Shown: piece after piece, positions 1-8,552 of the stretch
Layout of the letters: each line of letters opens with the position of its first letter
Numbering within the stretch: position 1 is the first letter of the stretch
NCBI GenBank assembly: GCA_947624145.1
Contig: CANQIU010000002.1
Location: 1 to 48,856 of the forward strand
Source of the DNA: an uncultured Bacilli bacterium
GTDB taxonomy: Bacteria; Bacillota_I; Bacilli_A; RF39; UBA660
DNA: 48,856 nt
Direction: 5' to 3'
Translations under genes and position numbers: made by a program
Notes under the pieces: generated by a model
The model's input: only the letters and a program-made list of their open reading frames with translations
Database searches by the model: none
What the model was told of the DNA's origin: nothing

Positions 1-1
1 C

Positions 2-403
2 AGAGCTTGTGCAGCAAATATAGTTCCAGCCTCAACCGGAGCAGCCAAGGCAATTGGTTTAGTTATTCCTGATTTAAAAGGAAAAATGGATGGTATGGCT
101 TTCCGCGTTCCAGTTACTGATGGTTCCGTTATTGATGTAACACTAGAACTAAATAAAAATACAAGTGTTGAAGAAGTTAACCAAATCTTAAAAAATAACC
201 AAAATGAAACATTAAAGTTTACTCTTGATCCAGTAGTATCAAGTGATGTTATTGGTAAAAAAATTGGTGCTTTAGTTGATGGTTTATCAACGAGCATTGT
301 GGAAAACGAAGGAACGCAACTTGTAAAAATTGTTGCTTGGTATGATAATGAATATGGTTATACAGCTCAAATGCTTAGAACGGCTTTAAAAATGTTTGAA
401 TAA
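2..403 (+). CDS. gap: glyceraldehyde-3-phosphate dehydrogenase, C-terminal part (5' end lies outside the window)
   Basis: Frame 2 is open from the window edge. It reads RACAANIVPASTGAAKAIGLVIPDLKGKMDGMAFRVPV...VAWYDNEYGY, which are GAPDH catalytic-domain motifs. pgk and tpiA follow. Confidence 0.93.
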   Translation, partial: RACAANIVPASTGAAKAIGLVIPDLKGKMDGMAFRVPVTDGSVIDVTLELNKNTSVEEVNQILKNNQNETLKFTLDPVVSSDVIGKKIGALVDGLSTSIVENEGTQLVKIVAWYDNEYGYTAQMLRTALKMFE

Positions 404-426
404 AGTTTACTAAGAATTTGTCAAAT

Positions 427-461
427 AAAAAAAGAATAGATGTTATTTTTATTCTTTTTTT
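427..461 (+). terminator. candidate rho-independent terminator or attenuator between gap and pgk
   Basis: AAAAAAAGAATA (427-438) pairs with TATTCTTTTTT (450-460) and runs into a T tract. Confidence 0.55.
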
Positions 462-491
462 GTTATTATATTAATATAGGAGGCTACTATT

Positions 492-1616
492 ATGAATAAA
501 ATAGATAGTATTGATTTAAAAAATAAAAATGTAGTTATAAGACTGGATTTTAATGTTCCCATGGATGGTAAGAAAATAACGGATAATTCTAAAATAGTAA
601 AGACTATTCCAACTTTAAATTATTTACTTAATAATGATTGTCGAATCTGTATTTTAAGTCATTTAGGTCGGGTAAAAAGTGAAGAAGATAAAAGCAGTAA
701 TACTTTAAGATATGTGGCTAAAGAACTAGCCAATCTGCTTAATCATCCCGTTAAGTTTGTTAATGCTTGTTATGGTGAAAAAGTACGCGATATTGTTAAT
801 AAATCAAAAGCTAAGGATGTGCTTTTATTAGAAAATACCAGGTTTATGGATTATCCGGAAAAACTAGAAAGTACCAATAATTTAGAATTAGCTAAGTATT
901 GGGCCTCTTTAGGTGATGTATATATTAATGATGCATTTGCATCAATGCACCGAGCTCATGCCTCAACCGCCGGGATTGCGAAGTATTTGCCGCATGCTGT
1001 TGGTTTTTTAGTGGATAATGAAATTACGAATTTAACCCCATTAGTTAAAGATACCCCGCATCCTTTTACCGTTTTTATGGGAGGAGCTAAAGTTGATGAT
1101 AAACTAAAATTAATTAAATCTTTATTACCTAAATGTGATTATTTGCTTTTAGGTGGGGGCATAGCTAATTCATTTTTAAAAGCTAAAGGAGCTAAAATTG
1201 GTGATAGCTTAGCCACAAATGATGAAGATATATTAAAAGAATTAAATAATCTTTCGGCTAAATATAAAGAAAAAATTGTTTTGCCGGTTGATTTTACCAT
1301 GGATAATGGCATAATTTATGATGTAGGTTTAAAAACAATCGATTTATATCAAAAATATTTTAATGATAGTAAAATTATATTTATAAATGGAACTTGTGGA
1401 AAGTTTGAAGATGAAAGATTTACCGAAGGAACTAAAGAATTACTAAAAGCTTTAAAAAATTGTGGTCAAGATGTTTATGTCGGTGGTGGTGATACGGCCG
1501 CGGCTATTAAAAAATTTGGTTATCAAGATAGCTTTAAATTTGTTTCCAGTGGGGGAGGAGCAACCTTAGAATTTATTGCCGATGGTTCTTTGGAAGCTTT
1601 AAAGTGGATGGAATAA
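492..1616 (+). CDS. pgk: phosphoglycerate kinase
   Basis: 374 aa. Motifs: RLDFNVP, NDAFASMHRAHAST, GGAKVDDK and a C-terminal GGGDTAAA...SSGGGATLEF. GGAGG RBS lies upstream. Confidence 0.95.
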   Translation: MNKIDSIDLKNKNVVIRLDFNVPMDGKKITDNSKIVKTIPTLNYLLNNDCRICILSHLGRVKSEEDKSSNTLRYVAKELANLLNHPVKFVNACYGEKVRDIVNKSKAKDVLLLENTRFMDYPEKLESTNNLELAKYWASLGDVYINDAFASMHRAHASTAGIAKYLPHAVGFLVDNEITNLTPLVKDTPHPFTVFMGGAKVDDKLKLIKSLLPKCDYLLLGGGIANSFLKAKGAKIGDSLATNDEDILKELNNLSAKYKEKIVLPVDFTMDNGIIYDVGLKTIDLYQKYFNDSKIIFINGTCGKFEDERFTEGTKELLKALKNCGQDVYVGGGDTAAAIKKFGYQDSFKFVSSGGGATLEFIADGSLEALKWME

Positions 1617-2330
1617 ATGAAGTACTTTTTATGCAATTTTAAAAATAAACTAGATTATAGCGAATATAACAATTATGCTAAAGCCTTAGAAGATTTTTCT
1701 TGTTCATTTGCGAAAGTTATTTTCTTCCCATCTAGTCCTTTTTTAAGTCTATTTAAGCCCCATAATTATTTATTAGGAAGTCAAGATATTAGTTCTTTTT
1801 CCAAGCAAACTATCACTGGTGAAATATCCGGGAAGGCCTTAAAATCTTTAAATGTTTCCTATGTTTTAGTAGGACATTCGGAAAGAAGAGAATATAAAAA
1901 CGAAATTAATATTGATTTTATTAATAAGATTAATCATGCTCAAGAAAATAATCTAAAAGTCGTATATTGTATTGGGGAAACTTTAGAAGATCAAGAAAAA
2001 GGAAGAACTTATGATGTTTTAGAAAAACAAATAAGCGAAGTATTGAATAATGTCGAAATAAAAGATATAATCATTGCTTATGAACCAATCTGGGCAATTG
2101 GCACGGGAAATACTCCAACCAAGGAACAAATAAAAGATATAGTCGAATATATCAAAGATATAACTGAAGAAAAATATGATACAACATTTCCAGTCTTATA
2201 TGGTGGTAGTCTTAATATAGATAACTTTAAAGAATATGCCCATATACCTAATGTTGATGGCTTTTTAGTAGGAGGAGCATCTAGCAACTTAAATAATATT
2301 AAAGCCATGCTTTTGGAACTAATGGATTAA
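1617..2330 (+). CDS. tpiA: triosephosphate isomerase
   Basis: Motifs CNFKNK (catalytic Asn/Lys), VGHSERR, AYEPIWAIGTG and GGASS. The start abuts the pgk stop. Confidence 0.9.
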   Translation: MKYFLCNFKNKLDYSEYNNYAKALEDFSCSFAKVIFFPSSPFLSLFKPHNYLLGSQDISSFSKQTITGEISGKALKSLNVSYVLVGHSERREYKNEINIDFINKINHAQENNLKVVYCIGETLEDQEKGRTYDVLEKQISEVLNNVEIKDIIIAYEPIWAIGTGNTPTKEQIKDIVEYIKDITEEKYDTTFPVLYGGSLNIDNFKEYAHIPNVDGFLVGGASSNLNNIKAMLLELMD

Positions 2331-2331
2331 G

Positions 2332-3054
2332 ATGAAAAAACTAACTTTAAAGAATTTACGTATTTTACTAATCTTATCTTTTATCGTTATCTTTTTACTT
2401 ATCCTATCCTTAATACTAAACAATCATAATATTAATATTCAAAGCCCTAGTTTAAAAATAGAATATAGTAAAAAAATAAATTGTCAAGAAAAAGAAGAAT
2501 TAATAAAAGAAGATAATTATAAAATATATACTTATTGTATAGATAATCTTTATATTAATAAAAATAATAAATTAATAGAATTTAAAGAATATTATCAAGA
2601 ACATAAAGATATTATAGATAAGTTAATTAAAAAAGATAAAAAGCCTCTTTATTATAAAGATGGTGGGAGTATTAAATATATAGTTGATAATATAAGTATA
2701 ATAAAGTGTCATACTTTAACTGGTAATGAAGATATTTATATTGGTGATAAAAATTTAAAATACGAAGATAATTTTTGTCAAGAAAATAATTCTAAAGTTG
2801 ATCAATATTTAAGTTATACTTATTTAATTCTTTATCTAACACCATCTAGTGATGAAGATTATTTATATCTTACTTTAAGAAAAGAAAATGATGATGTAGT
2901 TGAAACAGTTAGAGTAAGTAAAAGTATTTATAATGAATATGAAGTTAATAAATATTATGAATTTACTTTTTTAGTTAATAATGAAACTATTTTAAATAGG
3001 GCTATTGATATATTTAATAGTGCTACTTTAGCTAAAGTTACTAGGTTAGATTAA
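2332..3054 (+). CDS. hypothetical N-terminally membrane-anchored protein
   Basis: 240-aa ORF starting 1 nt after the tpiA stop. One N-terminal hydrophobic helix (LRILLILSFIVIFLLILSLIL), then a Lys/Asn/Tyr-rich soluble part with four Cys. No family recognised. Confidence 0.55.
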   Translation: MKKLTLKNLRILLILSFIVIFLLILSLILNNHNINIQSPSLKIEYSKKINCQEKEELIKEDNYKIYTYCIDNLYINKNNKLIEFKEYYQEHKDIIDKLIKKDKKPLYYKDGGSIKYIVDNISIIKCHTLTGNEDIYIGDKNLKYEDNFCQENNSKVDQYLSYTYLILYLTPSSDEDYLYLTLRKENDDVVETVRVSKSIYNEYEVNKYYEFTFLVNNETILNRAIDIFNSATLAKVTRLD

Positions 3055-3764
3055 CCTAGTTTTCTTTCTCTTTTTATAGAATTAGGATCTATTAAAGAAT
3101 ATATATTATTTATAATATCCAGCATATTAGCATCTAATGGATTTATATCTCTTAAATAAGAGATAATTTTAAATAAGATAGTTTCATTAATAAATAAAGG
3201 ATTACCTTCTTTAAAATTAATAAAGTTTAGTTCTTTAATTTCACAAGGAATATTTAAAGTAGGATATTTTTCTAATATTTTCTTATTTATTTTATCCCAA
3301 TCTTCATGAATAATAGATAGTTTATGCGAAAGTAAATTATTTTTTTGTGATATATCTTGAGTTTTTAAATATTCATTAAATATATTATCAACATTTAGAC
3401 TTTGATAGCATAATAAGTCGGTTAATAAGTGCCATAGATAACCTAAGAAGAAGGGGTTAGTTTTTTCAGTATTGCTTAATGAAGAAAAAAAGTATAAGAC
3501 ATTAGGGTTATTACTTAAGCCATAGTGCATCCCTTTAGGGACATTTGGTCTTTCTTCTTCTTTAAGCCTTTTAGCAAAGTAAGAATATTCAGGCATGTCT
3601 TTAGTTTTTAATAAGTTATATTTTTCTTGAGCGTAGCTAGGACTAACCTTATAATAGGTTTTTAATAAATCAGGAATTTCTACTCCTAAACGAAAACTAG
3701 GATTTAAAAGAGCTTTTTCATGACATGAAGCTAAATGAGCATAATATCCTGGCATTTTAATCAT
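3051..3764 (-). CDS. hypothetical protein, possibly a zinc-dependent phospholipase-C-like metallohydrolase
   Basis: 237-aa ORF. The N-terminal H...H...G.EIPD pattern and a later WHLLTD resemble the PLC/P1-nuclease-like His/Asp metal-site pattern. The family call is weak. Its stop overlaps the convergent upstream gene by 4 nt. Confidence 0.4.
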   Translation of the reverse strand: MIKMPGYYAHLASCHEKALLNPSFRLGVEIPDLLKTYYKVSPSYAQEKYNLLKTKDMPEYSYFAKRLKEEERPNVPKGMHYGLSNNPNVLYFFSSLSNTEKTNPFFLGYLWHLLTDLLCYQSLNVDNIFNEYLKTQDISQKNNLLSHKLSIIHEDWDKINKKILEKYPTLNIPCEIKELNFINFKEGNPLFINETILFKIISYLRDINPLDANMLDIINNIYSLIDPNSIKRERKLG

Positions 3765-3840
3765 TTCCTTTACTACTTAATAACTATTAAGAAGTATACC
3801 ATTTTATGAAAATAATAAAATATTTGTTTATCAATAATAA

Positions 3841-3890
3841 ACTTTCGACAATATTCGACAAAAGTAGACAGTAGTCGACAAAAAGTGACA
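3841..3890 (+). promoter_or_regulatory. five 10-bp-phased 0A-box-like sites upstream of spo0A
   Basis: Five consecutive 10-bp units each end in GACA. TTCGACA at 3844-3850 and 3854-3860 is the exact reverse complement of TGTCGAA. GTCGACA at 3874-3880 matches 6/7. GTAGACA and AGTGACA are weaker. Confidence 0.55.
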
Positions 3891-3968
3891 AATGTTTCTG
3901 TAGCTTTTTGTAAAGTGTTGTGTTATTATTTAGTTACGTGCATGAATAAAATGAAAGGAAGAAATTAC

Positions 3969-4733
3969 ATGAGTAAAGTTATTAGAGTTGTCATGTTAGA
4001 TGATAACGATGCTGTAACCGGTAGTGTAAAGAAGTACTTTGGTAGTAGTGCAGATGTAAAAATAGTGGAGTGTTTTCGAAGTGGAAAAGAGGGATTAGAT
4101 TATTTAGTTAAGTATGTTAATTCTTATGATTTAATAATCTTAGACTTGCTTTTACCAGAGATGGATGGATTAACCATAATGGAAGTTCTTAAAGAAAGAA
4201 AAATATTTAAAAAGATTATTGTTCTTTCTAGTTATAAAGATGATTATTCGATAAAAAAGGCTATGCTTTTAGGAGCCGACTTCTTTATGGTAAAACCATT
4301 TGATTTGGTATCTTTGAAAAATCGGATGATGGAAGTAATAGAAAAAGAGAAGTTGATTAAAGAATCACAAAAAGAAGATGCGGAATGTGAAGTATCAACC
4401 ATGTTACATTCTTTAGGTATACCTTCGCATATCTTAGGTTATCAATATATTCGGGAAGGAATAATGTTAATTTATCAAAGTGATAAGATTATTTCATTAG
4501 TCACAAAAGATATTTATCCGGAGATAGCTTCTAAATTTAATACTACAGCCACGAAGGTGGAAAGAGCTATTCGGCATGCAATCGAGATTAGTTGGGTTCG
4601 TGGTGATTTAAAAGTTATGGATAAATTATTTGGCAATAGTATTGATGTTGAAAAAGCTAAACCAACTAATAGTGAGTTTTTAATAACTTTAGCTGATCGG
4701 CTTAGATTAGAGAAAAAGTCACTTATATCATAA
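3969..4733 (+). CDS. spo0A: sporulation master response regulator Spo0A
   Basis: Receiver domain (VVMLDDND, IILDLLLPEMDG, LSSY, VKPF). C-terminal Spo0A signature: HSLGIPSHILGYQYIREGI, TATKVERAIRHAIEISW, KPTNSEFL. ATG at 3969 has an AAAGGAAG RBS. The GTG at 3885 in the ORF track lies inside the box array and is unlikely to be the start. Confidence 0.85.
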   Translation: MSKVIRVVMLDDNDAVTGSVKKYFGSSADVKIVECFRSGKEGLDYLVKYVNSYDLIILDLLLPEMDGLTIMEVLKERKIFKKIIVLSSYKDDYSIKKAMLLGADFFMVKPFDLVSLKNRMMEVIEKEKLIKESQKEDAECEVSTMLHSLGIPSHILGYQYIREGIMLIYQSDKIISLVTKDIYPEIASKFNTTATKVERAIRHAIEISWVRGDLKVMDKLFGNSIDVEKAKPTNSEFLITLADRLRLEKKSLIS

Positions 4734-4760
4734 GAATTACAGTTGTTGTAATTCTTTTTT
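4733..4760 (+). terminator. rho-independent terminator after spo0A
   Basis: AGAATTACA (4733-4741) pairs with TGTAATTCT (4747-4755), followed by a T run. Confidence 0.6.
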
Positions 4761-4787
4761 GATTATGATATTATTTTAAGCGTAAAG

Positions 4788-6296
4788 GTGATAAGATTGA
4801 AAAAAATATTAACAGTAATATTAGATGGGTTTGGGCTAAAAGAAGAAGAGGAAGGTAATGCGCCTAAGAAAGCTAATATGCCTTGTTTTAAAATGTTATG
4901 GGAATCATTTCCACATGCTTATTTAAAAGCTAGTGAAGAAGCCGTAGGTTTACATGAAGGACAAGCTGGAAATAGTGAAGTTGGGCATATTACGATTGGG
5001 GCCGGAAGAATTTTAAAACAACCTGAAATACTAGTGGATGAATTTTTGAAAAATCCGGATAAAGAAAATGAAAATGTTATTAAACTAATGTCATTAAAGG
5101 ATAAAACAATTCATTTAATGGGCTTATGTAGTGATGGTAATGTTCATGCCGGAGTTGATGACTTTTTAGCTATGTATAATTTTTTAGTCCAAAATGGTTT
5201 TAAAGATATTGTTTTTCATCTTATAACAGATGGCCGGGATACCCCAGTTAATTCTGCCTATAGCTATATTAAACAAATTGAAGATGCTATAAAAAAGCAA
5301 AAAGTTGGCATCATATCAACAGTCTGTGGTAGGTACTATGCCATGGATCGCGACCAAAATTGGGACCGGACGCAAATATATTATAATTTAGTAACAAAAG
5401 GGCTTGGTAAAACTGTCTTAAGTATTGAAGCTAGTTTAAAGAAAAGCTATGAAAATGGGATAACTGATGAATTTATTAAGCCAATAGTTTTATCTAATAA
5501 ATTAATTAAAGATGGGGATGTCTTATTATGGATGAACTATAGGACGGACCGCGCAAAACAAATTTTAAGTGCTTTTGTTAATTATGAAACGTTAGATGCT
5601 TTTAAAGCTTTACCGATGCCTAATTTAAATGTCTTTGCTTTTTTAGAAGTAGATGAAAAAATTAAAACTAATAATTTTTTAGTTCATGATAAAGCTAAAC
5701 AACCAATGGGAATATATCTAAGTGAACTTGGTCTAACTCAAGCTCGCATCGCCGAAAGTGAAAAATATAATCATGTTACTTACTTTTTTGATGGCGAGTT
5801 TGGAGGAAAGATTCCAAAATGTGATAAATTTCATATTCCCTCACCTAAAGTTGCTACCTATGATTTGTGTCCTGAGATGAGTGCTTATGAAGTTACTAAA
5901 AAGGTTGTAAGTGCTATGGAACAAGACTACGATTTTATTTTAGTTAATTATGCTAATCCGGATATGGTTGGGCATACGGGTGTAATGGAGGCGGCGGTAA
6001 AAGCTTGTGAAGTCGTTGATTCATGCCTAAATACTTTAGTGGAAAAAGCCGAAGAAAATTTCTATAAAATCTTTATCTTAGCTGACCATGGTAATTGTGA
6101 TACAATGTTAAATTTAGATGGTACACCTTGCACAACACATTCAACTGCCTTAGTTCCATTTATTTTACTTGATAAAAAAGCTAAATTAAAAAATAAGGGT
6201 TCTTTAATCAATGTTGCCCCAACTATTCTAGATTATATGGATATAGCTATTCCTAAAGAAATGGAAGAAACCGAATCACTATTAATAGAAGAATAA
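4788..6296 (+). CDS. gpmI: 2,3-bisphosphoglycerate-independent phosphoglycerate mutase
   Basis: 502 aa. Motifs ILDGFG, GNSEVGH, DGRDT, ANPDMVGHTG and ADHGN. GTG start. Confidence 0.92.
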   Translation: MIRLKKILTVILDGFGLKEEEEGNAPKKANMPCFKMLWESFPHAYLKASEEAVGLHEGQAGNSEVGHITIGAGRILKQPEILVDEFLKNPDKENENVIKLMSLKDKTIHLMGLCSDGNVHAGVDDFLAMYNFLVQNGFKDIVFHLITDGRDTPVNSAYSYIKQIEDAIKKQKVGIISTVCGRYYAMDRDQNWDRTQIYYNLVTKGLGKTVLSIEASLKKSYENGITDEFIKPIVLSNKLIKDGDVLLWMNYRTDRAKQILSAFVNYETLDAFKALPMPNLNVFAFLEVDEKIKTNNFLVHDKAKQPMGIYLSELGLTQARIAESEKYNHVTYFFDGEFGGKIPKCDKFHIPSPKVATYDLCPEMSAYEVTKKVVSAMEQDYDFILVNYANPDMVGHTGVMEAAVKACEVVDSCLNTLVEKAEENFYKIFILADHGNCDTMLNLDGTPCTTHSTALVPFILLDKKAKLKNKGSLINVAPTILDYMDIAIPKEMEETESLLIEE

Positions 6297-6328
6297 ATAT
6301 AGGAGAAAATGTTATTTTCTCCTATATT
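6296..6328. terminator. bidirectional hairpin shared by gpmI and the convergent HTH gene
   Basis: AATATAGGAGAAAAT (6296-6310) pairs perfectly with ATTTTCTCCTATATT (6314-6328) around a 3-nt loop. The right arm encodes the last codons of the minus-strand gene. Confidence 0.55.
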
Positions 6329-6566
6329 CAATTAAATCAGTTAATTCACAGTCTAAATATGTACAAAATCTAGCTAATATAATTATATCTAATCTTAATA
6401 ATTCACCAGTCATATATCTTTTTATTACTTTAAAGTCGGTATTAGTATCTCTCATTAATTTATTGATACTAATTTTTCTTTTATCCAGGATATCTTTTAA
6501 TTTGAAAGTATAATATCCACCTTCAATTTCCACAACATTTTTATTCTTAGTTTCCGTTGCTATCAT
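6312..6566 (-). CDS. small Cro/C1-type HTH transcriptional regulator
   Basis: 84 aa. The pattern KISINKLMRDTNTDFKVIKRYMTG...LARFCTYLDCELTDLIEY matches the short Cro/C1 (HTH_26-like) pattern ending in C..L.C...D. AAGGAACGGGA RBS. Confidence 0.7.
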   Translation of the reverse strand: MIATETKNKNVVEIEGGYYTFKLKDILDKRKISINKLMRDTNTDFKVIKRYMTGELLRLDIIILARFCTYLDCELTDLIEYRRK

Positions 6567-6702
6567 GCTTATTCCCGTTCCTTATGAATTAATGATATCA
6601 ACTTCTTTAAAAAATTAACTATTGGTTATATAACTATGTATATTAATTGAACATATGCCTATAAAAAATAATATACTAGTTACTTGACTAATAGTCTTAT
6701 AA

Positions 6703-7229
6703 CCTGGATATTTAAGATACTTAAAAGGCGATAAAAATGATTCAATGTGGATAGACAAAATTGAAGTGGTAAAATGGTATATAACTGGGGGTACAGCAAG
6801 TGAATTAGAAATAGTCACGCCCAAAACAGCATATAATAATACAAAAGGAAAAGATCCTACAGGAGATTATCCAGCACCCCAAGCTACATCAACAGCTAAA
6901 ATTGGTTTAATGTATACTTATGACTATGGGTTTGCGAGTAGTAAAGAAAATTGGAATTTAAAATTATTTAGTAATGAAGAAGACAAAGAATATATTAGTA
7001 ATGCTAATATACAAAATAATTGGTTATTCAGTGGGGTTACTGAACGGACAATTTTGCGTTATTCCTTAAGCGAGCACATTGTGTTTTGTATCTTCAATGA
7101 TGGACGTGTAGATGGTTGTAGTGTCGACGGTGCGCTTGGAGTTCGACCAACCTTTTACCTAAAAGAAGATGAACCTTTATAAAAGGAAATGGTACTGCTA
7201 AAACACCATACGCTTTAAAGGTTAATTAA
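6703..7229 (+). pseudogene. decayed remnant of a surface/secreted-protein gene (5' truncated, 3' frameshifted)
   Basis: The frame opens at 6703 with no signal or TM segment. It reads ...KIGLMYTYDYGFASS...NNWLFSGVTERTI...GVRPTFYLKEDEPL then a stop at 7180-7182. An adjacent frame continues as IKGNGTAKTPYALKVN, with a stop at 7227-7229, which looks like the displaced original C-terminus. Confidence 0.5.
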
Positions 7230-7429
7230 ACTACCAAATATATAAAAATTGATGTTGTAATATTAAAAAATTAAAAAAATATTAAGAATATAATAAATAA
7301 TTTGCTAATTAATTAAACTGTGAAAAAAAGTTTTATAAAATTGTAGAAAATTGCTACAAATTTAAATATATTACTTGTTTAAATATCAAGAATAATTTAT
7401 AATTCAATTCAAGCGAGGTAAGTAGGTTT

Positions 7430-7966
7430 ATGAAAATATTAATATGGGGAGTATCGTGTGTAGGTAAAACAACAGTAGGTTCATTACTAGCTAAAAAATT
7501 AAATTATAAATTTATTGATCTAAATGATGAAATAAAAAAAAGATATAAAACAATAAATAATTTTTATTATTCTTTTTTAAGTAATTATAGTATGTGTGTA
7601 GAAAAAACTAATATAATTTTGGATATAATAAAAAATAATGATAATTTTGTTTTGACTATTACGGAAATTTATTATAAAAGATTGGTAGATAAAATCTTAA
7701 AAACAGATACGGTTTCTGTTGAATTAATAGATAGTGTAGAAAGTATTTATGAAAGAATATTATTTTATGATGATAATGATGAATTAGAGCCGGATAGTAT
7801 AGAATATAGAGACAAACATCGAGATTATTATTTAAAAGATATTAAACAATCTAAATTAATTAGTAACAAAGAATATAAAAATATACCTAAATTTGATATA
7901 AATAATCGTAAATTAGGATATATTATTGATGAATTAGCTGATTATATATTCGAATATCTAAACTAA
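7430..7966 (+). CDS. P-loop nucleotide/nucleoside-kinase-like protein
   Basis: 178 aa with a Walker A motif at the N-terminus (IWGVSCVGKTTVGSLLAKKL), similar to shikimate/adenylate-kinase-fold proteins. Substrate unknown. Confidence 0.55.
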   Translation: MKILIWGVSCVGKTTVGSLLAKKLNYKFIDLNDEIKKRYKTINNFYYSFLSNYSMCVEKTNIILDIIKNNDNFVLTITEIYYKRLVDKILKTDTVSVELIDSVESIYERILFYDDNDELEPDSIEYRDKHRDYYLKDIKQSKLISNKEYKNIPKFDINNRKLGYIIDELADYIFEYLN

Positions 7967-8069
7967 AGAGATCTTTGTCTGTATTGAGGAATAAAAAAAG
8001 AATCTAAAGTATGGTTATTAATTCTTTTTTTGATTTTGTAAATTTAAAATTATTTTTTACAATTTTTTG

Positions 8070-8099
8070 TTGATTTTTCATAGAATTTAGTGCTATAAT
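8070..8099 (+). promoter_or_regulatory. candidate sigma-A promoter of the S10 operon
   Basis: TTGATT (8070-8075), an 18-bp spacer, then TGcTATAAT (8091-8099). An untranslated leader of about 120 nt follows before rpsJ. Confidence 0.5.
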
Positions 8100-8223
8100 C
8101 TTTTTGTATGACTGCATTGATGTGTGAAGTTACTGATACACTAGGATAAGTTGGTAAGTGTATTGGAGAATTTACATGGAGCAAGTCTATACTAGATATA
8201 GACGAAAGGAGGACATCAGAAGT

Positions 8224-8532
8224 ATGGCAAAAGATAAGGTTAGAATTAATTTAAAAGCCTATGATCATCGTGCACTTGACATTGCAGCAGGCAAAATAGT
8301 CGAAACCGTTAAAAGAACCGGTGGCGAAATTTCTGGCCCAGTACCTCTACCAACTGAAATAGAAAAGGTGACAGTTTTAAGAGCGGTACACAAAGATAAA
8401 GATGCTAGAGAACAATTTGAAAGAAGAACTCATAAGAGATTAATTGATATTAAAAACCCTAGCAAAGAAACTATTGATGCGTTAAGCCATTTAGATTTAC
8501 CTAGTGGCGTTGATGTAAATATTAAATTATAA
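8224..8532 (+). CDS. rpsJ: 30S ribosomal protein S10
   Basis: [19 protein letters not shown]...[18 protein letters not shown] precedes the ATG at 8224. The upstream GTG of the ORF track is rejected. Confidence 0.95.
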   Translation: MAKDKVRINLKAYDHRALDIAAGKIVETVKRTGGEISGPVPLPTEIEKVTVLRAVHKDKDAREQFERRTHKRLIDIKNPSKETIDALSHLDLPSGVDVNIKL

Positions 8533-8552
8533 GAGAAGGAAGGTAAAATATT

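Noticed and set aside
3885-3968. GTG at 3885 as the spo0A start, giving the 282-aa form in the ORF track.
   Set aside because: This GTG lies inside the fifth 0A-box-like unit and has no RBS. The extra 28 residues are not part of any receiver domain. The ATG at 3969 has an AAAGGAAG RBS and gives a normal Spo0A N-terminus.
6746-6754. DnaA-box-like TGTGGATAG (8/9 to TGTGGATAA).
   Set aside because: It is a single isolated near-match inside the pseudogene. There is no cluster, no AT-rich unwinding element in context, and no dnaA or dnaN nearby.
6615-6824. 69-aa minus-strand ORF overlapping the 5' end of the surface-protein remnant.
   Set aside because: It has no RBS and a hydrophobic, low-complexity translation. 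It overlaps the intergenic promoter region and the pseudogene. It is most likely a chance ORF in AT-rich DNA.
8100-8223. S10-operon leader and the rpsF leader (32307-32385) as ribosomal-protein autoregulatory RNA structures (L4- or S6:S18-type leaders).
   Set aside because: Small hairpins are visible, but I cannot match them by eye to the published leader consensus structures. A covariance-model scan (Rfam ribosomal leader families) is needed before calling them.
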